NCBI GenBank assembly: GCA_964187785.1
Contig: OZ076409.1
Coordinates: 56,422,001-56,486,000, forward strand
DNA from: Amphiscolops sp. MND2022
Taxonomy: Eukaryota
Direction: 5' to 3'
Length of the DNA stretch: 64,000 nt
A model generated the notes under the pieces. That model did not search any database and had not been told where the DNA came from. It was given only the letters and a program-made list of their open reading frames with translations. Below are positions 13,431 to 26,180 of this stretch, one piece after another (position 1 is the first letter of the stretch; each line of letters opens with the position of its first letter). The translations under genes and the position numbers were made by a program.

Positions 13431-14101
13431 CCAATCTATCATCCATAAGAACACAGATTCCATCGTTTTGACAAGGTCGGTTTTGGCAAGTGTCAAATTT
13501 GTCGCAATCAGGACCTGAGTAGCCGTTGTTGCAGGAGCATTTGTAACCGTTATCAGCCGTGGCTTCACACGTACCTCCGTTCTGACACGGGTTTCTGACC
13601 TTGCATACGTCATAATGTTCACACCGGTCGCCGTAGTACCCTAACTGGCATTCACAGGAGGCCTTGTTGTGACCTTTGGACGTGCAAGTACCTCTGCCGC
13701 AATAGTTCTCAATTTTGCACAAATTCAACACTTCACAGTTTTTCCCCTCGTAGTTGGCTTCACACAGACACACATAATCATTCTCACTGTTATTGTCACT
13801 TGTGATATTTCGACATTTTCCGCCATTCTGACATGGAAACTTGTGACATTGGTCATAGAACTGGCAATTGGGACCCCAGAAACCAGAGTTTTCCATGCAC
13901 GCACAAGAGTACTTGTTGTGACCCAAGTACGTGCACTGTCCTGCATTTTTGCAAGGCTCATCAGTGATGCACAAGTTCTTGTCCTGGCAAGAGGTCCCAC
14001 TCCATCCGTCATCACACACACAAGTGTACCCCATGCTTGAAGTACTGTCGATGTTACAAGTACCATGTTTACTGCACTTCTCTTCCGCGGCACAAGGGTC
14101 G
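13431..14101 (-). CDS. Exon C of multi-EGF-repeat protein (five and a half EGF domains)
   Basis: Acceptor TTTTATTTTTAG, donor GTATGT. The phase-2 start joins exon B exactly (TT+C=Phe; ...GAFCQHF-DPCAAEEKCSKHGTC...). Contains most of the 208-aa ORF 13408-14034. 671 nt, phase 2 to 1. Confidence 0.95.
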
Positions 14102-15399
14102 CTAAAAATAAAAATTGACTGATTTTTAATTCATCATTCAATGGAAAAACGTTTCGTCATTGAAGAGCAAATGTACACATTACTCTCTGTAAGTTCCCAC
14201 TTTGGAAGCGCTTGGGAGCCACAATATGACAAGTATGACATGAAATTGGGAGTCATAATATGAAAATATGACATGAATATTGTTTCGAAAGCAACAAGAA
14301 AACATTCATGCGTTTTCTTGGTTTTTCTTGTGGTTTCACTCCAAAATTTTCCAACTGAATTTAAACAATGCTGGCCAAATAAGACACCTCGCTATCTCAA
14401 AGGATAGGGATTTGATATTGCTCTCTGTTCGGACCACATATTTCAACCCACTGAGTATTCTTAATATCAAGTTGTTTAGCTGAATGCTTCAATCCTCCGC
14501 GCAGAAAATGTTGAGGAAAAATTGAAAACAAAAAATACACCGAAAAAAATTTGGAGCTGACTTCTTAGAAAAATGCATTGATTTCTCATTTACATAAATA
14601 ACTGAAACGGAGCTCGAGAAAAAGGACTCTAGCTTCGTGCGTCAGATTCATCTTTAGATTTCAAAATTAATTACTGGAAAACATCTTCATTGAAGGAAAC
14701 ACACTTCCTTGTCTTCGCAAAAACTTTACTTGAAAATGATGAAAAATTCAGAATGCGGAATTGATTAATTCTTAATAACTTTTTCGGTTTTGCTTAAGTG
14801 CTTTTTTTGTTCCAAGCGGACACAATCTGGAATGTTTAATTGACATGGAAGAGGTTGTGATTGACAGACAAAAATGACAGGTTTACAATTCTTGTGATTC
14901 GTAGATTATGTACCGAACGAATGCTAAGGAGAAACAATTATTTTTGCTCAGATCGGAAAATACTAGTTTGTTCATCACAGGTCGCTTTCATTGATCGTAT
15001 TTGAACCGACTGGTGTGTACATTTTAGCAATTTTGAAACCCTTGAACATCGACGTATCTTCTGAATTTTTCAAAATAAATTCCGATATATTTTAGGAAAG
15101 AAGAAGAAAGTTTAATTCAACAGAATGGTTAAATGTTACATTTCATGAAACAAAAATGAAACGTGAACAACCACCATGTTGGGACAGAGAATGAGCTTAT
15201 CAGCTCTTCGAGTCTCTACCCCATGGAATCAGTCATTGTCAAAGTACAATGAAAAAATAACAAAGTATAAGACATTTTACAGACAATTTGTGAAGACTGC
15301 AATGTTTAAATTAAATGGTGTTTCAATACTTGATCTCAACCCTAACGTTTGTCCTCATTGTTCCACATCAGGTGATTGACTTCTCGAAGAAAAGCTTGC

Positions 15400-16395
15400 G
15401 CAACTCCAACCCATCAAATACGTAGAGAGTATCTATTTGTTTCAAATGTGTATCAATTTGAGCTTTCGTCATTTTTGCAAAATCGATCGGTATGAGATTG
15501 TGTACCTTTAGCCACTTATAGGCTTTTCTCAAAGTATTTTCAATCGATTTTTGCTACGTTACAGTACGACAATAAGATGTAGGTGAAAGCCCTTTTTCGG
15601 AAAATCTAGGTTTTATTCTGGCTTGCTCTTTTTCTACTTGGAGAAAGTGTAGGGGAGATTGAAAACTTCTTTGGAAACATCTATGACATACAAGTCAAAC
15701 ACAGTATGGATGTGGTAAGCATCTATGATATCCTTTAGACTGTGTTGTTTTTGCTTGAAGAAAATGGCTCGTATGATTCTTCTTTGAGCAATTTCAAGCC
15801 TCTTTAAATTAGTCTTTGCAGCAATGCAATAAACCAACAATCCATAGCTAATTAGCGACCGTGCATATACTTTATAGAATATTAGGAGACACTTCATTGG
15901 GTATAAATGTCTCACTTTATATACAAGACCACAAAACTTATTCTACTTTTTAGTTATGTACTCAATGTGTTCTCGGAATGTGAGCTTTTTGTCAATGTAG
16001 ACCCCAAACACTTGAAACAGTTAGTATTGGGCAACTTTGAATTGAATATTTTATCATCTTTCATTTTTCCTACGGCAAAATTCATGCTCTCATATTTTAT
16101 GGTGTTTAAGGTAAGTTTGTTCTGACAAAACCAGTGACTGACTCCTTCGAGTTCACTATTTATATCTGTTGCATCTCGTTTCCCTATTTTGATGAGACTT
16201 GTATCATCGGCAAATAGCACTATATCAGCGTCATTTCCACATATTTCAGGGAGATCATTAATATACAGAAGGAATAAAAAAGGTCCAAGTACTGAGCCTT
16301 GAGGAACACCTGTTTTCATTTCTTGAAGTTTAGAATTTCGTTCATCATTTTCGACGTACTGGCATCGACTTCTTAAATAACTGAATAACTTAAAT
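15400..16395 (-). mobile_element. 5'-truncated, decayed non-LTR retrotransposon (LINE, CR1/L2/Jockey-like) ORF2 remnant
   Basis: RT motifs GVPQGSVLGPFLFLLYINDL and LFADDT (ORF 15954-16406). After a frameshift and stop it continues as a typical LINE C-terminal region (...YARSLISYGLLVY...KRLEIAQRRIIRAIF, ORF 15634-15915). Ends approximate. Confidence 0.9.
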
Positions 16396-16473
16396 AATGA
16401 AATCAATTTGAAAGTTAAAATATTTGCAAAATGAATTCCGAATTAGTTATTCCTTGATAGATTTCTTTTTTTT

Positions 16474-16579
16474 GGGGGGGGGGGGGGGGTGGGTGTTTAC
16501 TGAAGGAGGTCGGGGGTACTGAAGGAGGGAGGGGGGTACTGAAGGAGGGAGGGGGTACTGAAGGAGGGAGCGGGTACTG
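16474..16579 (+). repeat. G16 tract plus four 19-20 bp tandem units TACTGAAGGAGGGAGGGGG
   Basis: Directly visible in the sequence. Confidence 0.9.
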
Positions 16580-16754
16580 TTGGACAAAGAGCCGAATCTC
16601 GCTTATATCAACGCTGGATTATATGAAAAAGGCAGCGAGCGGGTACATGATAATGTTCAAATGAGAATGATGTCTTTACAAGTGAAAATCAACTTGAAAC
16701 CTAGCGTAGCCAGAAAACTTGGAGTAGCTAGAAGATACCAGTAGATACTACAAC

Positions 16755-17183
16755 CAGAGTTGGATGGAACCGGGCCATGATTTTCTACCCAAAGCCCGGC
16801 CCGAGCCCGTTTCAAAATACCAGCTCGACCTGATATTTTTGAGCATTTTTAATACCCGACGAGACTGACCGAAAATGAATTTGATACCCGAAAGTAAATT
16901 GTAAATGATAATCAGGTATAAGCATCACAAGAATCCAAAAATGTACAACAGAATTCGAAATCAGACAGTTTATTTATTTGGTTAATAACATGACACATTT
17001 GGTAATTGCCTTTGTAATTGTATATTGAGAGTTTTGTATGTGTAATTACCATGCGTCTAAATCTACAGCGAGCAAATCAAAGGAATCAATTATGCAAATT
17101 ATATAGCCCAGTTTAATGTATATATTTTTTTACGAATTTGCCCGGCCCGGCAAGATTTAATCACGCACTTGGTTCCAACTCTG
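16755..17183. mobile_element. hAT-like MITE, 429 bp
   Basis: TIR CAGAGTTGGA...TCCAACTCTG, exact 8-bp TSD ACTACAAC (16747-16754 and 17184-17191), subterminal GCCCGGCCCG motifs. Confidence 0.85.
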
Positions 17184-18804
17184 ACTACAACTCACAATCA
17201 AAGCAATTTAAATAGCTTTGAAACTTCCAAATTGGGCAAATGCCAGCGCCAAAATGCGCAAATGTGCATCACCAATGAAAAATAACAGCGTTTTTGTCAC
17301 ACAGTTTTTCCATACATTATGTGTAGAAGTTGCCCAATTTGTAGAATTTTGTGCATTTGATTTGATCAAGTATTTGATTTTATGAGCTAAGAAAAATTTA
17401 GACCCGAAATGTTCAAAAAATCGCAAGCACGCGGTAATAGGCGTGTTTTTAGCTGTTTCATAACAACCACCAAAATACCTCACACTCACTCTGAAACGTT
17501 TTTGAAGCATATTTTCAAAGACTTTCAGCGTTCTACATTCAGCATTGTTGAAGTGAAACATGAAAAGACTTCAATTTACCGCATAAAAAATTCAGAATTA
17601 ATGACGCCGATACTTTTTTGAAGGCTGGACTGGCATCTGAAATCAGAAATGATGAAAAGTGGAAAATGGAAATTAATTTTTTTCAGCCCAATATTGTCGC
17701 TAATACTTCGTGGAACCATGTATCTAATGACTTTTACTTTTTAATGATAACACTGTTCATCAGGTCTGGCAACCTGACAACTTCAGTTTTCCCCAACTCG
17801 GCAAAAAAATCAAAAGAGCCCCACAACACGCGTAGACTCCTTGATTTGCAAAATTAATTCCAAACTTGAATGACCTTTTCGTATTTGTGACATGAAAATT
17901 GTCTTGGGAAAGTTTTAGACAACCTAAAATTGCGTATATATTTTTTCTAATTAGCTGATAGCAGACACCTTGAGTCGATGGTGTTTTCTATTTTCTCTCG
18001 TTGATACAAGTAGATAGATACTTTAATCTTGTAAAAACAGCCCGTAAGTTTGTTCAGGCGTCTTCATAGAGGAAGTGCATGTATAGCCAGCGCTTCTGTC
18101 TGCAAACGTACAAACAGACGACCGAGGCCTTTTCGGGAAGGTTTAACTCGCACTTTGCGCTTTGTTCTCGAAAGCGTTCTTTCAAAGCAAGACTTCCGTC
18201 TCCGCTAATTCATTTTCAATTATCCTGAATTGCGTCAACTCTGCCGTGGGGCTATGATTAATTGAAATCCAATCGCTTCGTTTTCCCGTTAAACCAATAA
18301 GCTGCTCTTATCCTAATGGATTTACACCGATGTGTATACGTATACGTACTTCACCGCCAACCTGAAAGGTAGGTACGTACTCGTTATTTCGACATAGGCT
18401 TTTTCAAAGCTGTTGGATTTGTCGCTATTTTTCTCCAACCAACCTGACCTTGGGGGTCATGTAAAACGAATAATTGGAGTTTGTCACTTGAGAATTGAGA
18501 AAAATAGGCGTTGTAGAAAAGATTGGCTATCAATGATGCGAGATTTTTAAACGCTGAAGTTTTTTCGAGTGCTGAAATTGTTGAAAGTTTTGATCAAGTT
18601 AATGCAGAAGCTGCTCTATTTATCATCAACATCATTAGGTTTAACACTGCATTTTGGGTGGGATTTTCAAATTTTCAAATGGGAAAATGAAATACAATCT
18701 GAGTCGCGTTTTCATATTCCGATTGTGTACCCAAAAGATAGAAGTTCTTCCTCGGAATTCAACTACCATAATTTTTTAGAGGAACATGTAACTGCAGAGA
18801 TAAA

Positions 18805-18832
18805 ATAATAATCATAATAATAATAATAATAA
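18805..18832 (+). repeat. (AAT)n microsatellite
   Basis: ATAATAATCATAATAATAATAATAATAA. Confidence 0.85.
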
Positions 18833-21800
18833 AGACTTTAGGGTTGCCCTGAAGAACTTGCGTTCCTAGATCAAATTATCATGAAGTCTAGTTTTTCAAT
18901 GTCTTTACAGTTGACAAACGCCTTTGCAGATATTAACAGGACTGTTATTAGGAAGTAAAAAGAAAAAAGCCCCAATGGAAAATTTAAAAAATGTCAAACA
19001 TTTCAGTTTTCTCACAATTTTATGTTCATTTTCCGAAAAGTTGTTCATTTTTAAAAACCTTTTTTGGATGTTTCTGTGAGAAATTCAGGAAGGAAAGGAA
19101 AATTTATTTAATTGAAAGTTGTTTTAAAAAACATGGCATTTGTTTAAAAAAACATTCAATAGGGACATGGGATGAGCCTACTCAACTCTACGAGCCACTG
19201 CCCAGCAAAATACCAATTAGCGATTCTTTCTAACTCAATGAGAGTTACTTTTTGTTACAATGTAGGAAAAAACAAGTGCAACATACCGGATATTTTCGAA
19301 AACAATTCTTACTAGATGGTTTCGAGCCGTGAATAAAATTGTTCCTTTATTACAGTGCATCCATCAACATAATTAAAGCAGATATTTTTGGTGTAGGAGT
19401 TAATTTGGTTTGAATGTTAGTTGGCGATGTCACGGTGTATAAGGCCACACGTTTTTTAACCAGTTGTAGCAAACTCTGACAGCATTTTCAACTGATTTTT
19501 TGTTACAGTTCTTTAGTATAGCGATTAAAACAGTAGAAAGCAAACTTTTTAGATACTTAGTACACTTTTGTTCTGAAAAAGTTGAGGTTTCCTCTGAAAC
19601 AAACGCTAATTAAACCGAGGTGTCGAATTTTTCACTCCAGAGGTTTTCGTGTAGCGGTTGCAGCATTAGACCTGTAATGATGCGTATAAAGTTTTAATCT
19701 GTCCTCATTCGCCAGTACTACGTCTTGAGAAAGTTCTTCATTTCTAGTTTATAGATTTGATCGTGGCAAAAACAAAAAAAACAATGGCTAACAGTGAGAT
19801 CTTTGTGTCCTCGATCAAGTTTCTTTGAAATCACAACTCCAAGCTCGACAACTCGGCTGCAAGTACAATACTGTAGTTTGATATGGCGAAATCGTATCGG
19901 AACGATTTTTATGCAGTCTGTTTGAATTTCGCATAATTTGGTGGGCATGGGTTTTGCAAGTTCGTCGTTTAGTTAGATTCAGAAAAATGTCGTCTTCAAA
20001 ATAGTTTGGGGTGGAAATCATTCTGGTGCTCAGTAAGTGACTTGTTTTGAAATCAATGGATAAAAACTGTTTTCATTACTCTCGTCCTTCAAGTATCTGG
20101 TATTGGTGGAAGTTTCTCTTCTCTACCTGATCTCACTTTCAAAATAAAAGGATTTGAAAACTATCACTTTTGGTGAATGACCTCCATTTTGAAATTCAAG
20201 ATAAGTGATCAAATTTCATTTACGCTAAAGCAATGCCAGTTTTTACCTAAATTAACAAAACGTTGAGATCAACCCCGTCAGTATTCTTGGCAGCGCTTCT
20301 GATATCTCTTTTAAAGGCTCTAAAAGTTAACCTGCTGAACAACTCAAAATTGCCAACATTAGATTGACAATTTCCAATTCACGTCATTTAATACAAGCAA
20401 GGTTGCGTAAATACATGAATTGGTTAAAAGAGCACGAATGGTATTTGATTCACTGTGACTTTTCCTTACTTTCTGATGGCTCCTGTTTTGTATGCTATGA
20501 AACTCTAGATGCACGAAACCCGACAAAAGAGAGGGAGGACATTCAACGCAGACATCACGTGACAATCAAAAATAAGGGTGTAGCCTGAATTACAGGAGAT
20601 GGAAGCACCTGTCGTGACAGTTATTTATCCCAGAACTTACATGCTCAAATTAGGCTGAACAATCGCTGGCGGAAGAGCACAATTTTCATATACATTGGCA
20701 AATTCAAACTTGATGAATAGCAAGCAATCTGTAACATTGCCAGTTTAAAACTGAATTGCATCTTTAAATAATGCAGTCATAGTTTTCAATAAAAAATTGG
20801 TTTTCTTTGCAAAATGTAGAAAAACACCTGTCTAAATGTCATGGAGAGTAAAAATTGAAGAGAATTAGGTTACATTAGGTGCAAAGATGTGATCAATTTA
20901 CAAATTCGCACAAATGCTTGGTCCATGGCCAATTGATATGGTAGGATGTTGAATTTGGGAAAGGGGGATGGACTCAACACCATTTGAGGACCGGTTATGT
21001 CATAAAAATGACATTAATGAATAGGAAGGTCATGCGGAAAAGCAAAGGGTTACGCCTGGCTTTTCGATCAATTGTTCCCGCATCTCCTTTCATCGACAGT
21101 CGAACTCGTGAAGTGTGACTCATTTCGTCAGTCACAGCGGCTTCTATCCGCATGGTTGATCCCACCTGAGAAGAACTCTATTCAAATTCATTCAAGTTGT
21201 ATCATTCCGCGGCCGGTCTTTATAGGTCGAGCTTTATTACGTAACCATTAAAGACCTCTGATGTAATCATAAGGTATGACAGGTCAAGAGACGCGTGCCT
21301 TTTGGGCCTGAGACACTTTCTCAAGTCAAAGTCACAACCGTCTGTCAAATGAAGTCGAGTAGGCATTGTTACGTAATCATTTCAACTTTTCTGCTTTCAA
21401 AACTTTCCAAAATTTGTCTCTTCCAGGCATCCAATTAACAGGAAAGGCAATGCAACGCTTATGACGACATTGACTCGCAAGTTGAAGTATATTTAGATAT
21501 TTTTCCAAGAAAGCATGTTTTCTGCACTGAAAAATACAAAGCTATGTTAATCTTGTACAAAAATGCGTTTTTCTCGGACCCCAAAATTGATTACATTCTG
21601 TTTTTTTCATATAGCCAGATTTCTGGCCTAAGATCAAACAATTTTCTTGAAAGCCTGAATCAACATTTTTGAGTTTTTAGAGGTCATTGGCCAGCGTGGC
21701 GAAAAGGTCAATTTTTGATATCAGGAACTATCGACTTCTTTGAGAGTCGAGGAGCTTGGAATGCTTGGAAAACAGTTTGTGTTTAAACGCAAATATCCGA

Positions 21801-23995
21801 AAATCAAAATTTTTGGAAAAATTGACACATGTCACTTGATTTTTTTCTTCGCTTTTCGTTCTTATTGTTTCTGCTCCAAAAAACTAGCAAAAACAACACT
21901 ACGCTTCAATTATCCATAATTTTTTGACAACTTACTGTTTTTTTGATCATTTTTGTTTGCGTTTATTTTACCTTTTGTTGACTTCTCATTTTTTACTTTG
22001 AGTGGACACAATTGAGACTTAATTGTCATTGAATTCTTGGAAGCCCAGCTTTCACACTTGTGATCTCAGAGTAGAGAATGAATAGAAATGACGAGGCTTC
22101 AAGCTTGCATACAAATATTTACTAGAAACATCAAGTTGAAGTTTTGCTGCTGCTGTGATTACTCAACACGAGCTTTTACTGCATTTTGAATGGACACTGA
22201 ATGGATTGGCAATGATATTAATACCATTAAGGTAAAGATGATGTATGCAGGCAGGGACATAACAATTGTCCTGAGCCGGTGTGTCGGTCAGCCGGGGCCC
22301 CTTGCATGCCAGCGAAAACGCCCTGGGCGCAGGTGCCGACATAATTGGTGACCGCAAGGAATCTATGCACTCATTTGTTTTGATTTATTCTTTTATTTAT
22401 GGACAAATGATTGATTTCATAATACAACTGGCTGCTGCAGCCAACCACGCCAATACTGCGCTCTTACCAATTTTACCGACCACCAGTTTTTCCTTTTTTT
22501 ATTCCTGCTGAACAATTCCCCGTACTAAGTGTATAAACAAGAAAGTCTACAACGGCGAGGCACCGATGAACTAGCTGCAGTGAATAAAAAGGGAGAGCTC
22601 TTTTGAATCCGCCCATAATGCGAAGCGAAAGGACAGCCCTTCTTTTTATTGCTTTGTCTTTGTTAATTCGGTTTTATGGTATTTAGAAGACTATCGAAGG
22701 TCCTCATAACATGCGATATGTAATAGACATTTAATAGAATCATAATAATTTTCAATGGCTCTCCAAAGAAAAACGTTCCATTCGGTGCCATATCAATCAA
22801 TTAAAAAAGCGCCGTCCCTGTAAATCCATCTAAGCGGTAGTTAAAAATTCAAAACACCAAGAGACTTGCTCTAGAGGCGGTCGGTAGGCCACGGACTTTA
22901 ACAATCGCCTCCTCATCCCCACAAAATCGCTTCTCTTCTCTCCACTTTCTTAACCAAATCACAGGTTGCCTTGGAACGAAAATATCTTTTTAAAGAAACA
23001 AATAAAGGCTGAAAAAGAGCCAGACCTTTTCTTTCTATCCGGATGATTAGTCAAGGCCGTTTGCCACAATTAGTGCTGCTTCCGGGACTGAAGTTGACGC
23101 AGCAGATGTAGCTTCTACCTTGTCGCCTTTTGGGGATATACAGTGGAAAATGCGGGAAATCGTGGAAAAGAATTGAGGGAATTCCAGACAAAGAAAAGCA
23201 GCCAATGTGATACCAAATTTTCTTACTAATGATACATTTCGCAACCGTGTACTTTTGGAATGCTCTACAAAAGTCGTTTGTTAAAGGAAAGTTTTGAAAA
23301 TGCATTCACTGGCAGTATTTTCTGAGGAGAATATAAAATCTGAAAAAGTAAAGGGTTCTCTGTAGGCACTTAATTTTCTTGCGTGAGGAGATTATAACGC
23401 GGGAGTTTCTAAAATATGATTTTCATTTTTGTCTATAGCCTAGCAGTCTACAACCTGTAATATGAGACCAGGTGGAAAGTTGCTTCAATCAAACGTTTGA
23501 TTTAGTTCAGTGGACGGACATCTGAAAAAGTGAGCCGAGCAGAATTTCGAAAGACATGCTTGAACAGTTTCACTACATGCAAATTTGTGAACATTAGTAT
23601 GGAATTGAATGTACTCGGTTGATATTTTCCATTACGCCAACACAAAATTTGAAAATCCGCTCAAGCGTTTTCATGAATAATGAAAAGAAGATGAAACATG
23701 TAAAATTTTGAAGTCAGTTCACTTGAAAAGCGCATGCAAATGTTCAAGATTACAGAAGCCTCGATCATTGCTCAAGCTTTACAAGTTGGAATATGAGAGT
23801 TATCTGGGACGCCTTTAATTGATCTCCAGGCAAATATACAGAGAAATGGAACTCTCGGAACGCTGCTTTAAAGGATGAAACTTCCAGATTCTTCCAATTT
23901 TTCGAGCGAAAATCAAGGGACTGCTTTAGAATGCACGCTTCGTAAAATGCAAAACTCTTTGATGGCTTGGCTTTGAGTTCCGGAACTCAAATTAT

Positions 23996-24143
23996 ATTGC
24001 GTACACATAGTTGAGGAAAGCTGAAGGAAAACTTTGAATGCGAGATTTCGGGATGCCTACTTATCAAGGCCTTGATAAATAGGCATCCCGAAATTTCGCA
24101 TTCAAAGTTTTCCTTCAGCTTTCCGCAACTATGTTTACGTAAT
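23996..24143. repeat. 148-bp spacer-less palindrome (5 mismatches)
   Basis: 74-bp arms centred on TCAAGG|CCTTGA at 24069/24070. Confidence 0.95.
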
Positions 24144-24878
24144 GTCATTTGGCTCATTTATGCCACATATTTTTTTAAAAACTTTTTCAAGTAAATTGCA
24201 GACTAGCCTACTTAAAAGTAAAACTTTCTTTCATACCAGGAAGTTAACTAGACAGTCTACTGAGATATTTTTAGTATTTTGTTTGCACAAAACAGTTTTC
24301 ACACATTTTGACCGTAAATAGGTTCGTATTCACTGTTTTTGTGACTCAAACCAGGAAGCTGATGATTTCTTTATCAAGAATACGTGACTTCATAGACAAA
24401 AACAGTGTGAACAAAGTTCATATGAGAACTCTGAACTGTCACCCTGGGCATAAAATGTTTGTATTCAAGTCCTTTTGTTGTCATAATTTCACCAATATTT
24501 CGAAAAAGATCGGTTGTGGTAGAAAACAGACATAATCATACTATTTTCTGGCTGGGAAACAAAAAAAATTCAAGCGCCAGCCCGAGTTCGAACCCAGGAC
24601 CTACAACCCGACTTGAACCACCATAATTGAAGTAACTCAGCTGCAACTATCGCTAGTAAATCACTCCATGAAGTGGAGATAAAGTGGAGTTTTGGCAGAA
24701 TTTGTAAAAAAAAACGCATCACAGATCATGATTTTCCTCCCAATTTATGTGGGCGGAAAATAATAGTAATAAGTGGCCATACATCAAATCATGAAATATG
24801 AAATCGAATTAAAATAACACTCAACGCCATAGCTTAATGTTAAAGAAGGAGGTCAGCTTCACACCAAAATATTCAGAA

Positions 24879-25460
24879 AACAAGCCCGGAACGGCATAAG
24901 TCGGCGCCATATATAAGGCTCAGAAATAGCAAAAGGACTTCCTTACTTTACAAGTATTCTTTACAAGTATTCAGTTCCTGAAAAACCCATAAAGTTTGAC
25001 CGAATTAGCGCGACGGGGGCCCGCTAGCGGATCCTTTTGGATTTTTAACATCCATCGTTGCAAAACATCTAAAAATTGACAAGGGACCCTTTCATGATTA
25101 TTTTTTTCTCCAAAAAAGTCTCACAATGCCGAAAAAACTGAAAGGGGGTGGGTTCCTTTGAGACTTTTCAACATCTATTCTGTCGCGGAACATCAAAAAT
25201 TGAAGGGGGACCCTTTGGGGAAATTTTTTTCGAAAAAAAAGTCTCATAGTGCCAAAAAAATCTGAAAGGGGGACCCTTTAGAATATCCTGGTACTGTATG
25301 TTACGCGGAAAAAACATAAAACCCTTTTCGATTCAGTTGGTTGAGACAAATGTTTTAATTTGGCACCATAAAATTTCGTAGAACTTTTAAGAACTATTTT
25401 GGTCAGTTCGTGTGGATTAAAAAAAGAGTCACAATAATAGTCGCGTTTCACTTCATGAAG
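24879..25460 (-). mobile_element. Second copy of the DINE-1/HINE-like family
   Basis: Starts AACAAGCCCGGAACGGCATAAGTCGGCGCCATATATAAGGCTC (reverse complement of the 1920-1962 end) and has AAGGGGGACCCTTT units. Degenerate ends of this type also lie at about 1377-1410, 2308-2331, 33491-33523 and 56185-56240. Confidence 0.6.
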
Positions 25461-25631
25461 CTGGAAAATTATGCTAAGTAACTAATTGCTTTGTCGTTCA
25501 ATTCTGTGCATATATAATATATATGCTAAAAAAACATTCAAAAGCTCTTCAAGCTATTTTTCAAACAAAGTCATTTATCTCAATAAATAAAAATTCTAGC
25601 TGCCCAGGTTGACAATCATGGCTCATTCGTA

Positions 25632-26180
25632 CCCTGGTTGGAACTGCTTGAACTTTTTACAAGATTTTGTAGATTACCAAGCTAATTTTTCATGATTTTA
25701 TAAAATTCTCAAGGAAACGTCCTTGCATTAAAACTTCAATGATGCAATTCAAATTTATCAAGCTGCCTATAAGATGCATCTTAAATTTGGGGGCAATTCC
25801 GAGCTGTGAAGTTTTACAGGTTTCATGAGGACGCCGTTCTAATTTTGAAAGCATCTGAGACCCTCATCAATTTTACCGCGCTTTCAATGCAAATAAACTT
25901 CAGTCACATTATAAGTTTCAAAGTAGCGTCATATTCAGCGTGCTAATTGACTAACGGTGTTTACATAAGGTACTTACTTGAGAAACTTACGCGTGAAAAC
26001 AAAGTGATCGCGGTGGTGAAGAAGTGGAAATGTTTTCAGTTTTAACTCAAATAGTAAAAGCTGCATAGTAATCCTGCAAAATCTTTCCATGCACGGTCCC
26101 TGAATTTTCCATGTTTTATAAAAAATTAGCCTGCATGTTTCCATGCAGCATGTAAGAAGTTCAAGCAATCTCGACTAGCG
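25632..26180. mobile_element. TA-flanked TIR MITE, 549 bp
   Basis: TA-CCCTGGTTGGAACTGCTTGAAC...GTTCAAGCAATCTCGACTAGCG-TA. The body is homologous, in inverted orientation, to 11595-12050. Confidence 0.75.

Noticed and set aside
13669..14141. Alternative-frame and antisense ORFs overlapping the EGF exons (also at 12581, 40297 and 47579)
   Set aside because: Shadow ORFs caused by the higher GC content and codon structure of the real exons.
24575..24630. tRNA gene or SINE head on the minus strand (GGTTCGAAC B-box-like)
   Set aside because: No cloverleaf can be built; at most a degenerate tRNA-derived repeat fragment.
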